DNA of 64,000 nt from Octopus sinensis (GCF_006345805.1 NC_043011.1:62012464-62076463); one strand, 5' to 3'; counted from the stretch's first letter, positions 25,994 to 39,461 are shown. Notes: generated by a model from the sequence alone, not told the origin. Program-made: numbers and translations.

Positions 25994-26427
25994 ACTTTCC
26001 TCTTTGGCCAAGGCCTCATCAACTTTTTCAAGTTTCACTTGAAAGGGAAGATGAGAGTAGAGAGGGAAGTGCTGTCTGGTAGCAAGTTTATTGAAAGGTG
26101 GGTGAATGTCGCAAGAATGGCCAGTATGAATGGACCAATTCTGAGGATACACCTGTGAAGAATTAAGGAAATATAAAAGGAGAAAGGGGCGCTCTACCTC
26201 CCCTTTTGACCAGGCTCCCGTGGCTTTTATGAGTTTTTCCATGAGTAACCTTTCGAAGTGCCTCCCCCTATTGGGAATTTTAATTGTTACTTATATTTCA
26301 TTGTTATCCTGCTTTTTGTACACGGACCTTTTTCAAACGGACAAAACCCTTTGTAACTTCCGTCCTGTGTTTTGTCCCTTTATGTTTTAATTGATTTTTG
26401 TTAGCCCTTGTGGCCAATAAACAAACG
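25994..26427 (+). mobile_element. 3' fragment of a Tx1/L1-group LINE (ORF2 C-terminus plus 3' UTR)
   Basis: Open frame 25994-26158 reads TFLFGQGLINFFKFHLKGKMRVEREVLSGSKFIERWVNVARMASMNGPILRIHL*, resembling Tx1-type ORF2 ends (recalled, not searched). The 3' UTR ends AATAAACAAACG followed by (ATT)n. Confidence 0.6.
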
Positions 26428-26600
<173 letters not shown>

Positions 26601-27094
26601 CGGGCATATGGAGTATTGGTTAATACAACAAACAAAATAAGGACAAATATCCGTCAAATGTAAATAATGTAAATAATGTAAATAATTCCTCATCTCTTAA
26701 ATATAGAACTGATGATCTGTTCAGAAATTAAGGGGACTTCTATATTTGATCTTCTTTCAGCTTGAGCTGCTGCTCGGAGACTGGATTAGCTGCTATGTCT
26801 TCTATAAACACCCACACGCATACATTTATATGTATGTATATGTATATATTATAGGGAAGTTTACGAAAAAAACAAAACAAAGACAGGTGGGTACAAACAA
26901 ACAGATGTATTAGTATACCCTCAGGAACAGAAAAAGTCTTTTACGTTTCGAGCCTATGCTCTTCTACAGAAAGGGACACAGAAAAACAAGGAGAGAAAAA
27001 ATGTGTGTAGTGGCTAACGATCTATCATGGCAACTAATATCTATCTATCTATCTATCTATACATACATTATATATATATATATATATAAAATAT

Positions 27095-27408
27095 TTATTA
27101 GAGACAAAACCACTATTTTGCAAAACAAACAAGGAAAGACTTAATCAATACATAAAATTTTAATAAATAGTCAAAAAAAACCGCCACTACAATTGTTTCT
27201 TGTCTTGATCGACAATTTTCAGGTGGACTTCCAATAAGTCAGTTTCAATTATGAAGTTTGAAACTGACTTATTGGAAGTCCACCTGAAGATTGTCGATCA
27301 AGACAAAAACAATTGTAGTGGCAGTTTTTTTTGACTATTTATTAAAATTTTATGTATGATTAAGTCTTTCCTTGTTTGTTTTGCAAATAGTGGTTTTGTC
27401 TCTAATAA
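27095..27408. repeat. About 150-bp-arm near-perfect palindrome containing two hammerhead motifs (Penelope-like tail-to-tail structure)
   Basis: Arms 27095-27248 and 27258-27408 are reverse complements around a 9-nt spacer (TTATGAAGT). Confidence 0.9.
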
Positions 27409-27494
27409 TCTTTTATAATATTTTACTATAAATTGGATTTAATCCTAAATCTGATTTTTTCCCTGTAAATTTGGATTTATTCCCTAATATTTAT

Positions 27495-27530
<36 letters not shown>

Positions 27531-27586
27531 AGATAGATAGATAGATACCTGAGTAGCACATAAATGTGAAGAAGTTAGGAGAAAAT

Positions 27587-27972
27587 ATGAGGATGAGTCA
27601 AAACGTAATGTCATTTTGTTTAGGACAGGTATAATTACCAACACAGGAACATGTATCATACATCAAAATGAAGCTGGTCCTCTGTGGATCACATCCCTAC
27701 TTCTCAACATAGTCACTATTTCTCTCAATAGCAATGTTCCACCTTCAAATGAGAGAATGTATCGCTGCCACTTCTTCACTATCTCCACATTCCCCAGATT
27801 TATCATCTCTTCTGCGCCATGAAAGAGGGTTTGAGAGGCAAACATTATTCCAGTGACGAGGAAGTGAAAACTGTAGTGAAGAAGTAGCTCAAAGAACAGT
27901 GAACAGAATTTTATGGGACAAGGATACATGCTCTCATTCGAATGTGGAACATTGCTTTTGAGAGAAATGGTG
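27587..27972. mobile_element. Mariner-like deletion derivative with inverted duplication of the transposase 3' end
   Basis: Left TIR TA-TGAGGATGAGTCAAAACGTAATG. The plus-strand remnant PHSPDL...DEEVKTVVKK*LKEQ*TEFYG...HALIR.WNIA.ERNG is mirrored at about 27697-27765. Confidence 0.7.
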
Positions 27973-28244
27973 TGACAGTTTAATTGCAAAATAACAGAGG
28001 AACTATGGTAAAAGTAGACTAATGCTATCATTATATAATCTCAATCCGTATCTCAGTAACAATGATTAATTATGAAATATTTTAATATTTTTACCTACAA
28101 TTAATTATTATATGCATTGTTGTATTACAATATGTAATAACATTGTAAATAATTGGCAGCTAATTAATTGGTATTGATTGATAATATGTGGCTAATTAAA
28201 TGGTAATTATTGATTGGCCATTTTACTTATAGGTAAGTACACTA

Positions 28245-28277
<33 letters not shown>

Positions 28278-28311
28278 TATATATACATATATACATACAT
28301 ATATATCTATG

Positions 28312-28372
<61 letters not shown>

Positions 28373-29184
28373 ATATATATGTATATATATGTATATATAT
28401 ATACATACATATATACATACATATATACATACATATATACATATATATATATATAATATATATATATATATCCTCCTTCTTTCTTTCCTTTCCTGAGCGT
28501 CCAGTAATACTATACTTGTTCCACGTCCTCGCGTTGTTGTGTTTCCTCTTTGTGTTTTCATGTCTGGATTAACTTTATATATATATATATTTTAATTCCA
28601 AGAAAGTTAGAGGTTGTGAATCCAACCAACTAAGGGATAATATCTATCCAATACACTGCTGGTAGAATACCTAATTATGAATACACAAGTGTTTTTTTTA
28701 TTGCATTGCAATTACATTACCGAGTGTACTAAATGGGTGAGGGTAAAGAGTTATTTTACCATTAATTTATAAAGCAATAAGGTAATGGAGGGGATCAAGA
28801 GGTGGTATTCCATTGACTTTCAGACATTATATTATGTCAGTTTATTTATTTACTAAAAGGACAATTTTAACAATATACATACATGTATAACATATTATGC
28901 TTTACGTATATAATATATAAAATATTAACATATCAGTAATTATTAAAATATATAACATGCAGGAATAGAGATTGGGATAATATCTTACAGCTGTTTCAGC
29001 CAAGAGGCAAAAATACCTCATTCTACCTTTATCCCTCCAGTGGACTGAAGTAATTAGTAGATGAAATTGAGGTACTTGGGTGTTTCTCTGGGCTTCGCCA
29101 GAGATTTTAGAAAGTACATAAGGTTAAGTAATAAATATAAATACACACATACATACATATACATAAATATACATAAATACATAT

Positions 29185-29395
29185 ACCTATTTCTTTATTA
29201 CCCACAAGGGGCTAAACACAGAGGGGACAAACAAGGACAGACATAGGTATTAAGTCGATTACGTCGACCCCCAGTGCGTAACTGGTGCTTAATTTACCGA
29301 CCCCGAAAGGATGAAAGGCAAAGTCGAAATACGGCTAAGCATTTCGCCCAGAGTACTAACGTTTCTGCCAGCTCGCAGCTACATGCAAATGTGCA
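29185..29395 (-). mobile_element. SINE A (tail type 2)
   Basis: CTATTTCTTTATTACCCACAAGGGGCTAAAC...GTTTCTGCCAGCTCGC. Confidence 0.8.
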
Positions 29396-30383
29396 TGTAT
29401 ATGCATACAAATGAATCAGTTATGATTATTATTATTATTATTAGATGCATTATATTATCTATGTATATAAACGGCAAAATGTCTGTGTGTGTGTGCATGT
29501 CCTTTATACAAATCCACAATTTTTCAGTTACAGGGCTCGCACTTTCTATGGTCATTCAAAACCGTCCAAAGGTGGTCATGCACATCTTTACATTTCCCCA
29601 GTCACCCCGCATAGCCATAAAAAATCAATAGAAGTGACTTTTTGTGTGAATTTTCTATCCAAACCCATCAAAATGCCCGAAGCTTGATACGCCAATTGAA
29701 TGCCAGCTAGCTGTATGTGATTGGTCAGAGATTTGGACAGTACTTGTGTGTATGTGCACACGCACGCAGCTGTATATGCATGCCCTAGCACTATGACCCG
29801 GCGTTGCCCAGTCATAGTGCTAGTTCATATTAGATAAAATATAAACAGAGGAATGAGAAAGTTATAAGAGGAGTAACATCCCAATTTCAATTTCTCTATG
29901 TTATATAGATGCAGCACGGAATTTTGTCAGTGAACAGGTCGTGGTCTCAAAGTTAAACTATGATGATGATGATGATACCCCCCCACACACACACATTTTT
30001 AAACTCATACATTTAGTTACCTTTCCATTGTTTCATGCCTTAAATATGCCTACACCAGTTTATCCATTGTTGTCCTTGTGGACACCAGCTATAAACGAAT
30101 AAATATTTGTTTACAGGTATGTCGGTGTATATGTGTATGACTATGTACATATGCATGGCATGTTACAGTATGTGGGAATCTAATTAAGGAAGGTGGGCAA
30201 CTGGTGATGAGTCTACCTTTGTTATGTATGTTGTCCTTCCTTCCACCAGAACCAGATTTACCTTTGCTCACCCCCCACCTTCGCCTCCCTCCTTCTCAGT
30301 CTTCTCTGGGAAGATTCTCAAACAAGCTTCTACAAGACAGGTCACCAACATGCTACTAATCTCCCTCTCTCTCTCTCTCCCTC

Positions 30384-30420
<37 letters not shown>

Positions 30421-30599
30421 ACCTATGTTTGTTTCACTTGCTGTCTATGTATATTTATTTATATATAAATTTAAAATGAGGGTGAGAAATTAGATATTAA
30501 TTTAATTAACATCGATTTCACACCACTGGTCTAGCATATAAAAAAAAACTGAAGGTTCAGTAAAATTGTATTATATACATATTAGAAGGAAACCACTAT

Positions 30600-30906
30600 G
30601 TGGACACCCTTATGCTAGAAATAGATCCGCTATGGTCTTACCTCAAAGAAATGTTTATCGAAACAACCAAAACATAATCGAGCAAGACAAAAGAAAAAGC
30701 AATAAAAATATGGATTATTCACAGACATGTTTCACTATTAACATATTACGTAATTTTACTTACATAAATGTCCGTAGATCATCGGTGCGACCGTCCAGAT
30801 GAATATAATTTGGAGGACTGCATACTAGGACGTTTTGCTAAATTTTTCTTGAGAACATTTCTTAGTGGTAAGACCATAGCGGATCTATTTCTAGCATAAG
30901 GGTGTC

Positions 30907-30909
<3 letters not shown>
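30600..30909. mobile_element. MITE-like element with 43-bp perfect inverted repeats
   Basis: GTGGACACCCTTATGCTAGAAATAGATCCGCTATGGTCTTACC (30600-30642) and its reverse complement (30867-30909). A related end occurs at about 60570-60655. Confidence 0.75.
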
Positions 30910-30978
<69 letters not shown>

Positions 30979-31363
30979 TATATACTTATATATACATATA
31001 TAAACAATTATAAACAAGGGCAAAAGAAAAACGATTTCTATGCCAATATGCTGAGAAATAGACTTTAAATCGTCAATCACCACATTACAATATACATTTA
31101 CCATGAATACACGTTGTGCTGAAATCGAAGAAGGCAAGCTAACAGAACTTTTAAAACTTCTTTATCTCTATATTGAATCAATTTCGCGATTAATCCAAAG
31201 GATTTTTCCCTCATCGGTAGAGAATATGATAAGAAATAAATGAAATACTTACAAACACCCATGGAAAAAAGCAGAAGCAATAGTCATGAGCACACATAAG
31301 TTTAATATGCTGGCCAGTTTGATGAAATTTTTGGAAAAAAATTTTATCTAATATTAGGAGTAA

Positions 31364-31409
<46 letters not shown>

Positions 31410-31412
<3 letters not shown>

Positions 31413-31699
31413 TATTTGGCCAATGCCAGCGCCGCCTTGACTGGCTTCTGTGCCGGTGGTACGTAAAAATCACCAACTGATCGTGGCCACTGCCAGCCTC
31501 CCCGGCACCTGTGCCAGTGGCACATAAAAAGCACCCACTACACTCACGGAGTGGTTGGCATTAGGAAGAGCATCCAGCTGTAGAAGCACTGCCAGATCAG
31601 ACTGGAGCTTGGTGCAGCCTCCTGGATTCCCAGACCCTGGTCGAACTGTCCAACCCATGCTAGCACGAAAACGGACATTAAACGATGATGATGATGATG

Positions 31700-31700
<1 letters not shown>
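31410..31700 (+). mobile_element. RTE 3'-tail fragment
   Basis: RTE 3' UTR motifs and (GAT)n tail. Confidence 0.8.
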
Positions 31701-31734
<34 letters not shown>

Positions 31735-32689
31735 ATATCATAACAAAATAATAAATAGAACATATGCATATATACATACATCTATATGTATATATACATG
31801 CATATATGGGTTCTGGACACCAAAAAAATATAGAACACAATGAGAAACGAAATCATAAAAACAAAAATATGGAAACGGACTTTTTTCAAATAACAAAAAA
31901 AAAAAAACAGTACAAGACATACAACACAAGGAATATTCCCCTTCTTCAGTTGCCCCTGTAAAGTAATTCAATTAATAGTGAAAGCTATTATCTATACTAT
32001 TCTGAGTTCAAATTCCTCCAAGGTCGTCTTTGCCTTTCATCCTTTCGGGGTCCATAAATTAAGTACCAGTTGCGTGCTGGAGTCGATGTAATCGACTTAA
32101 TCCCTTGTCTGTCCTTGTTTGCCCCCTTCTGTGTTTAGCCCCTTGTGGGTAGTAAATAAATAAGAACAAATGGTATTTTCATCATGAAGATCAATGCAGG
32201 ATATGCTTAGAATCTTCTTTTACGTGTCTGTTTCTCTACATGTGTGTGCTTCTGTAGTTGTGCATGTGTGTTTATGGGTGTTTGTGTGTGTGTGTGTGTG
32301 TGTGTGCTTTAGAGCTGCTTTGGTAATATCAGATAAAGCTCATGAATAATCTTGGTTATCAAAAGTCTTATTTGATAAGATTATAAACGAGATTATTTTG
32401 TGTAAACATAATTAGAATATATGATGCAAGTAACAGCTTGGAAAAGAACCATTCTCATGGAATTTGGAAATAATGATAACAACAACAACAACAACAATAA
32501 AAAAGATAACAGTAACAACAACAACAACAATCCTTCCTACTCGAAGCACAAGATCTGAAATTTGCAGAGAAGAATCTCGTTGGTTACATCGACCCCAGAG
32601 CTCATCTAGTGTTTGTTTTATTGACTGTGGAAAGTACCCTTGGTGCATTTGGCAGTATGACATGCTTGAGAAGACCTGTTGAGTTGATC

Positions 32690-33025
32690 ATCATCATCAT
32701 CGTCATTTAATGCCTGCTTTCCATGCTGGCATGGGTTGGACGGTTTGACTGAGGGCTGGTGAGCCAGAAGGCTGCAACAAAATCCAATCTGGTCTGGCAG
32801 AGTTTCTACAGCTGGATGCCCTTCCTAATGCCAACCACTCTGAGAGTGTAGTGGGTGCTTTAATGTGCCACCGGCATGAAAAACCAAAGTCATAGCTGTG
32901 GCCAGTGCCTCCTGACTTGTTCTCGTGCTGGTGGCATGTAAAAGGCACCATCAGAACGTGGCCGATGCCAGGTCCACCTGACTGGCTCCCATGCTGATGA
33001 CACGTGAAAAGCACTCTCTGAACAT
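32690..33025 (-). mobile_element. RTE 3'-tail fragment
   Basis: (CAT)n followed by the reverse-complemented RTE 3' UTR. Confidence 0.8.
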
Positions 33026-33099
33026 GATTAATGCCACTTCCCCATCATAATAAACATACACACTTGTTCTATTTTGTGTCTTTATTATGTATTTGCTAG

Positions 33100-33462
33100 T
33101 GGAAGCACAATGGCTCAGTGGTTAGAGCAGCAGACTCACAGTCACAGGATCATGGTTTCGATTCGCAGACCAGGCGTTGTGAGTGTTTATTGAGCAGAAA
33201 TACCTAAAGCTCCATAAGGCTCTGGCAGGGGTTGGTGGCGGACCTGGCTATACTCTTTCACCACCACTTTCTCTCACTCTTTCTTCCTGTGGTACCTGTA
33301 TTTCAAAGAGGCCAGCCTTGTCACACTCTGTGTCACACTGAATCTCCCTGAGAACAATGTTAAAGGTACATGTGTCTGTGGAGTGCTCAGTCACTTGCAC
33401 GTTAATCTCACGAGCAGGCTGTTCCGTTGATCGGATCAACTGGAACCCTCGTTGTCGTAACC
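33100..33462 (+). mobile_element. SINE family D
   Basis: GCACAATGGCTCAGTGGTTAGAGC...GGTTTCGATTCGC head and the family D body. Confidence 0.8.
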
Positions 33463-33829
33463 AGCAATTTGCTAATTGGTTAACTACTTAACCAATTAGC
33501 AAATGAACTGTTTTATTAACCATTTAGTCAATTAATCAGCTAGGTTTGATAAACTCCTTTCATTGTCGTTGATGAAGTTGTGAATAGTGATGAAAGGACT
33601 TTGATCAACCTTGCTGATTGATTGACTGACTGAATCATTAATCAAGCAATCAATTAATTGATTAAATATTTAGCCAATCGACAGATAAAAGACAATAATG
33701 AAGTGAAATACAACCTGTGTTTTTTGTTTTATTATTGGTATAATGGCTCTCTGAAGATTAAAAAAAAATGTTTCAACACACAACTTCAGATCAAGAATCT
33801 TGTGAACCAATGCAAGAAAAAAAATAGAT

Positions 33830-34220
33830 GCAGGCATGGCTGTGTGGTAAGATGTTTGCTTCGCAACCACATGGTACCAGGTACAGTTCTACTGCATGAC
33901 ATCTTGGGCAAGTGTCTCCTACTATACCATGGGCCAACCAAAACCTTTTTTGAGTGAATTTGGTAGACAGAAACTGAAAGAAGCCCCACATATATCTACA
34001 TATGTACATATCTATGTGTATGTTTGTCCCCACCACTGCTTGGCAGCTGGTGTTGGTTTGTTTACATCCCTGTAACGTAGTAAGTTCAGCAAAAAAGACC
34101 GGTAGAATTAAGTACCAGATTTAAAACAATAAATAGTGGGGTGGATCTGTTCGATGAAACCCATCAAGGCTCTGCCCCAGCATGGCCACAGTCAAACGAC
34201 TGGGATGAGTAAGAGATAAA
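33830..34220 (+). mobile_element. SINE B
   Basis: Head, core and tail. Confidence 0.8.
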
Positions 34221-34747
34221 TAATCTTTTCTATTCTAGGCACAAGGCCAGAAAATTTTTTGGGTGGGGGCTTGTTAGTGAGATCGACCCAGTACGCAACT
34301 GGTACTTAATTTATCAACCCAGAAAGGATGAAATGCAAAATCGACCTCAGCAGAATTTGAACTCAGAACGTAAAGACAGACAAAATGCCGCTAAGTATTT
34401 CGTCTGGCGTGCTAACGTTTCTGCCAGCTCACTGCCTTAAGTAAGAGATAAATAATGAACAGCAAATGTAATAGATATTATTGAACGTTAAAGTAAACAA
34501 AATCCATGAAATGTGAGTGACACTTTGTCAATAGAATTGATTGATCTATTGAACTCCTTGGAAAAATTATATATATAAAAAAGATTAATCTTTAGCTGTG
34601 TGGTAAAACACTAGCTTCCTAACTAGGTTAAGTTCTACTGCTCAGCACCTTGACCAAGAATCTTCTCCTATAGCCTCGGGCCGAACAAGCCTTGTGAGTG
34701 GATTTAGTAGATGGATGGAACTAAAAGAAGCCCATCATATATATACA

Positions 34748-34980
34748 CAGGGTGTTCCAGAAGCAGGTTTACAGTTACTTAACTATCTCTTCTGCATTCA
34801 TATATTAACTGTTTAGATCTTAATTATAAAAAAAATATGAAGCCATTATTCTATGGTAATTTAGTTAATTTTGTCAAGCTCTCTTTTCAGTTTGTAAGAC
34901 AGAAATTTAAATGTAATAAAATGTTTTAAAAGAAATTTGAAGTGCCTGTGTGATAACTGTAAACCTACTTTTGGGACACC

Positions 34981-34983
<3 letters not shown>
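34748..34983. mobile_element. Tc1/mariner (rosa/DD41D-type TIR) MITE
   Basis: 30-bp TIRs CAGGGTGTTCCAGAAGCAGGTTTACAGTTA / TAACTGTAAACCTACTTTTGGGACACCCTG, with TA on the right. The TIR start matches the DD41D element at 56561. It sits in the TA repeat following a SINE B head. Confidence 0.8.
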
Positions 34984-35076
<93 letters not shown>

Positions 35077-36404
35077 TATAAATAATATATAAATATATGC
35101 ATATATACATGCATATATGCACATACCTACATATACATGTATATATGGGTACAGGACATAAAAAAAACGTGAACAAAATGAGAAGCAAGAATATAAAAAA
35201 ACAAAAACTTAGAAAACAAACTTTTTTCGAACAACGAAAGAAACAAACAGAGAAACGAGACAGGCAACATAAAGAACAATCCCTTCATCAATTGTCCCCT
35301 GTTTTATCTACTCCGCATTTATATAAATATATATATATATATATAAACGTAATGTCGTACCGGTGGCACATAAAAAGCACCAACCGATCATGGCCATTGT
35401 CAACCTCCCCTGGCACCTACGCCAGTGGCACATAAAAACATGGAGTGGTTGGCGTTAAGAAGGGCATCCAGCTGTAGAAACACTGCAAGATCAGACTGGT
35501 GCCTGGTGCAGCTGCCTGGCTTCCTAGACCCCGGTCGAATCATCCAACCCATGCTAGCACGGAAAATGGATGTTAAACGATGATGATGATGATGATATAT
35601 ATATACTGGAGTAAGCACATTAATGTGAAAAAGGTGGGAAAAAAAGTACTCAATTACCAGAGGTAGAGTAATATGCTTTATTTAAAAGCAGTAGAAATAT
35701 CACAAAAACTCTTACTCAGAGTTTCACTTTCCTGTTCGTTGAGAACATGAAACTCAGAGTAACAGTTTTTGTGATATTTCTGCTACTTTTAAATAAAGTA
35801 TATGTATATATGATGGGCTTCTTTCAGTTTCCATCTTTCAGTTTCCATGTATGTGTATCTTTATGTCTGTGCTTCTTCCTCCCCCCACCGCTTAACAACA
35901 GGTCTTGGTTTGTTTACATCCCCTGTAACTTAGCAGTTTGGCAAAAGAGAATGATAGAACAAGTATCAGGCTTACGAAAGAAGTACCCAGGATCAATTGA
36001 TTTGGCTAAAATATTCAAGGCAGTGCTCCAGCATGGGTGTGGTCTAACAACAGAAACAAGTAAAATAAGAAGTATTGATCATTTGATGATAAAATGTCAA
36101 TATTTCAGTGAATAAACACGCCTTTCTGTTTGTTTTTGTTCTTTTGATTTTTTTAAAAGTGACATTTTGGAATCAGAGAAATCTTGATGTCACCAAGTCC
36201 AGCTGTGAAACATGGAAACTATCATGATAACACATTCACCTTCATATGTGCTTCTTCTGATAGACAGATGTTCTTTCCTCTGAGGTGGTGGGCCAGGCTA
36301 TTGAACTTATAAATGTTATTATCTTTTATCTTTTACTTGTCTTAGCCATTAGATTGCAGGCCATGCTAGAGCACGATCTCAGAGAATTTTTAGTCAAATA
36401 GGAG

Positions 36405-36810
36405 CAGGAGTGGCTGTGTGGTTAGTAGCTTGCTTACCAACCACATGGTTCTGGGTTCAGTCTCACTGTGTGGCACCTTGGGCAAGTGTCTTCTACTATA
36501 GCCTTGGGCCAACCAAAGACTTGTGAGTGGGTTTGGTAAACGGAAACTGAAAGAAGCCATTGTGTATATATATGTGTGTGTGTTTGTGTGTATGTATTTG
36601 TCCCCCACCCCCACACACACCATTGTTTGACAAGCTATGCTAGTGTGTGTTTACATCCCCGTAGCTTAGCAGTTCAGTAAAAGAGACCGATAGAATAAGT
36701 ACTAGGCTTACAAAAATAAGTCCTGGGGTCGATTTGCTCGACTAAAAGGCGGTGCTCCAGCATGGCTGCAGTCAAATGACTGAAACAAGTAAAAGAATAA
36801 AAAGAAAGAA
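36405..36810 (+). mobile_element. SINE B
   Basis: Complete copy. Confidence 0.85.
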
Positions 36811-37139
36811 TAAAATGATATTAAAATTTCAGAGCTGCAAGTTAATACATGACTAATTTGAATCCAGGTGAGTTAATTAGTTTTACATTTCACAGACTAA
36901 TATGAATGCTCATGGGTTAAGCATTGAGTTACCTGAGCACAAACCATCAAACCATTAGACTGTCTCTAGTTTCACTGGAATCTAATTGTTTCACTTTTAT
37001 TTAGATAATTAAGTAATTTGTCGTCACCATCTGATCTTGGCCATCCAAGAATAGCATTGAATGGCAGACAGGATTCCAGGATGGCACCAGAATCGTCTGC
37101 CGTTGTTGATTTCCACTTTGTGTATACTCTCTTGTTTTT

Positions 37140-37540
37140 CACTCTCTTTTACTTGTTTCAGTCATTTGACTGCGGCCATGCCAGAGTATAACCTTTAGTC
37201 GAGCAAATCGGCCCCAGGATTTATTCTTTGTAAGCCTAGTACTTATTCTATCGGTCTCTTTTGCCGAACCGCTAAGCTACGGGGACATAAATACACCAGC
37301 ATCAGTTGTCAAACGATGTTGGAGGGACAAACACCGACACACAAACATATACACACATATGTATATATATATATACATATATATGACGGGCTTCTTTCAG
37401 TTTCCATCTACCAAATCCACTCAAAAGGCTTTGGTTGGCCCGAGGCTGTAGTAGAAGACACTTGCCCAAGGTGCCATGCAGTGGGAATGAACCTGGAACC
37501 ACGTGGTTGGTTAGCAAGCTACTTACCACACAGCCTCACC
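37140..37540 (-). mobile_element. SINE B
   Basis: Complete copy on the minus strand. Confidence 0.85.
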
Positions 37541-37986
37541 TTCGCCTATACGTGTGTCTGTATTGTGTGTGTGTTTGTGCGTGTGTGTCTCTGTGTGGTT
37601 GGGTGTGTGTGCATGAGTGTTTGTGTGTATGTGTGTGTGCACACACTCTTCAATCGTCAGGCAATATGCTGTGATTGTGAAAACCTATTGAACTGAGTGA
37701 AATCGTAATCGTGGCTGATGCCAGTGCCGCCTGACTGGCACCCATGCCGGCGGCACATAGAAAAGTGCCAGTCAAGCGTAGTCAATGGCAGTGCCACCTG
37801 AATGACTCCCATGCTTGTAGCACTTAAAAAGCACCTCCTACACTCTCAGAGTGGGTGACATTAGGAAGAGCATCCAGCTGTAAAAAACCTTGCCAAATGC
37901 CATTGGAGCCTGGTGCAGCCTCCCAGCTTGCCAGCCCTCAGTCAAAGCGTCCAATATGGAAAGTCGACGCTAAATGACGATGATCA

Positions 37987-38061
<75 letters not shown>

Positions 38062-38069
38062 CTGTCTGG

Positions 38070-38260
38070 CTGTTGTCATGATAGACCGTTAGCCACTACA
38101 CACGTTTTTGTTCTCTCCTTGTTTTTTCTGTGTCCTTTCTGTAGAAGAGCGTAGGCTGGAAACATAAAGGACTTTTTCTATTCCTGAGTGTTATACTAAT
38201 ACATCTGTTTGTTTTGTACACCACCTGTCTTCGTCTTTTGTTTTTTCATAAACTCTCCCT
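38070..38260 (+). mobile_element. Dispersed repeat family with hammerhead-like segment (probably Penelope-derived)
   Basis: GACCGTTAGCCACTACACAC...CTGTAGAAGAGCGTAGGCT(C/G)GAAAC...CACCACCTGTCTTCGTC. Related copies at about 18400-18620, 21725-21920, 26870-27030 (-) and 47030-47280 (-). Confidence 0.7.
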
Positions 38261-38709
38261 ATATATCTCCCGCTCACGTGCTTGCACCAATTAATCCTGT
38301 CATTTCTTATCACACACAAACTTCTCCACTGGACTCTCTATCTACCCTTTACGGATTCTCTTTTGGATATTTACCCTCCGGTTGCACCTTTCCTACCTAT
38401 GGATTACTGTGGACTCTACCCTCTATATATATATGTATTTATACACATACACATACATACATACATGCATACAGGCATACACTCATACATACGTACATAT
38501 ATATCATGAACTAACTGTTACTTTCTGAGATGCAGCATGGAATTTTGTCGGTGAACAGGTCGCGGTCTTATAGCGACGAAAATATTTTGGCAAATTAAAT
38601 TTAAATGTTGAAGTGAATCTAACGGTTTTTGTGTGTTTCCTAAGTGGCTTATAAACACCTTCCACGTTGCAATTGTTTATACATATATATATGTGTGTGT
38701 GTGTATCTC

Positions 38710-38750
<41 letters not shown>

Positions 38751-39461
38751 CTGCATGTACATGTGTGAGAAAAACACTATAAAACCTAGTGATGATGATG
38801 TTGATGATGATGGAAAGCAGAAATTTTTTGCAGACTCTGTCCACTAAATAGTGTGGATGGATGAAGAGAGGTGGATGGTGGGTGTATACAGTTGTAACGA
38901 TGAATATATACACTGGAGAAAAACCACGGGGATGATAATCATACCACATCGACATCAACAACAACAACATCAGCAATTACATCGAAAGCAACAACGAAAG
39001 ACTTATAGATGTGGAAGGATTATAGGGACATTATAGCTTAATTCTAAGTGGAGATGGTGGCAGCATGGGGGAGGAGGTGAGAGGTTGGGAGTGAATGGGG
39101 TGATGGTTGTGGTGGTGGTGGGGTGTGGCTAATGATGGTGATGTTGAAGATGATGATTTCATGATATGATGAGGAAGAGGAGGAGGCAGATGATGTGATG
39201 GAAAAATGTTGACATTTCCAAGTGGTAGTTTTTGTTACTTTGGTACAATAGAGAAATGTTAATGTATAACAACAACAACGACAACAATAACAGCTCTATT
39301 GGCAACAACACTTGCAGTGATGAAAAGAAAGTAACAACAACAACAACAACAAATATGACAATAAGGATAACACAAATAACAACAAACACACAAACAACTG
39401 CACTAACCATTACAACAACAACAATCCTGACTCCATGCAGAGACAACAGCAGCAGCAACAG

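Noticed and set aside
31170-31222. Minus-strand CCGATGAG...CGAAA as another hammerhead
   Set aside because: The core is altered, and no stem III palindrome, cleavage triplet or stem I can be formed.
37060-37106. Isolated ~15-bp hairpin AATGGCAGAC.../...GTCTGCCGTT
   Set aside because: Single short imperfect stem with no family or functional context.
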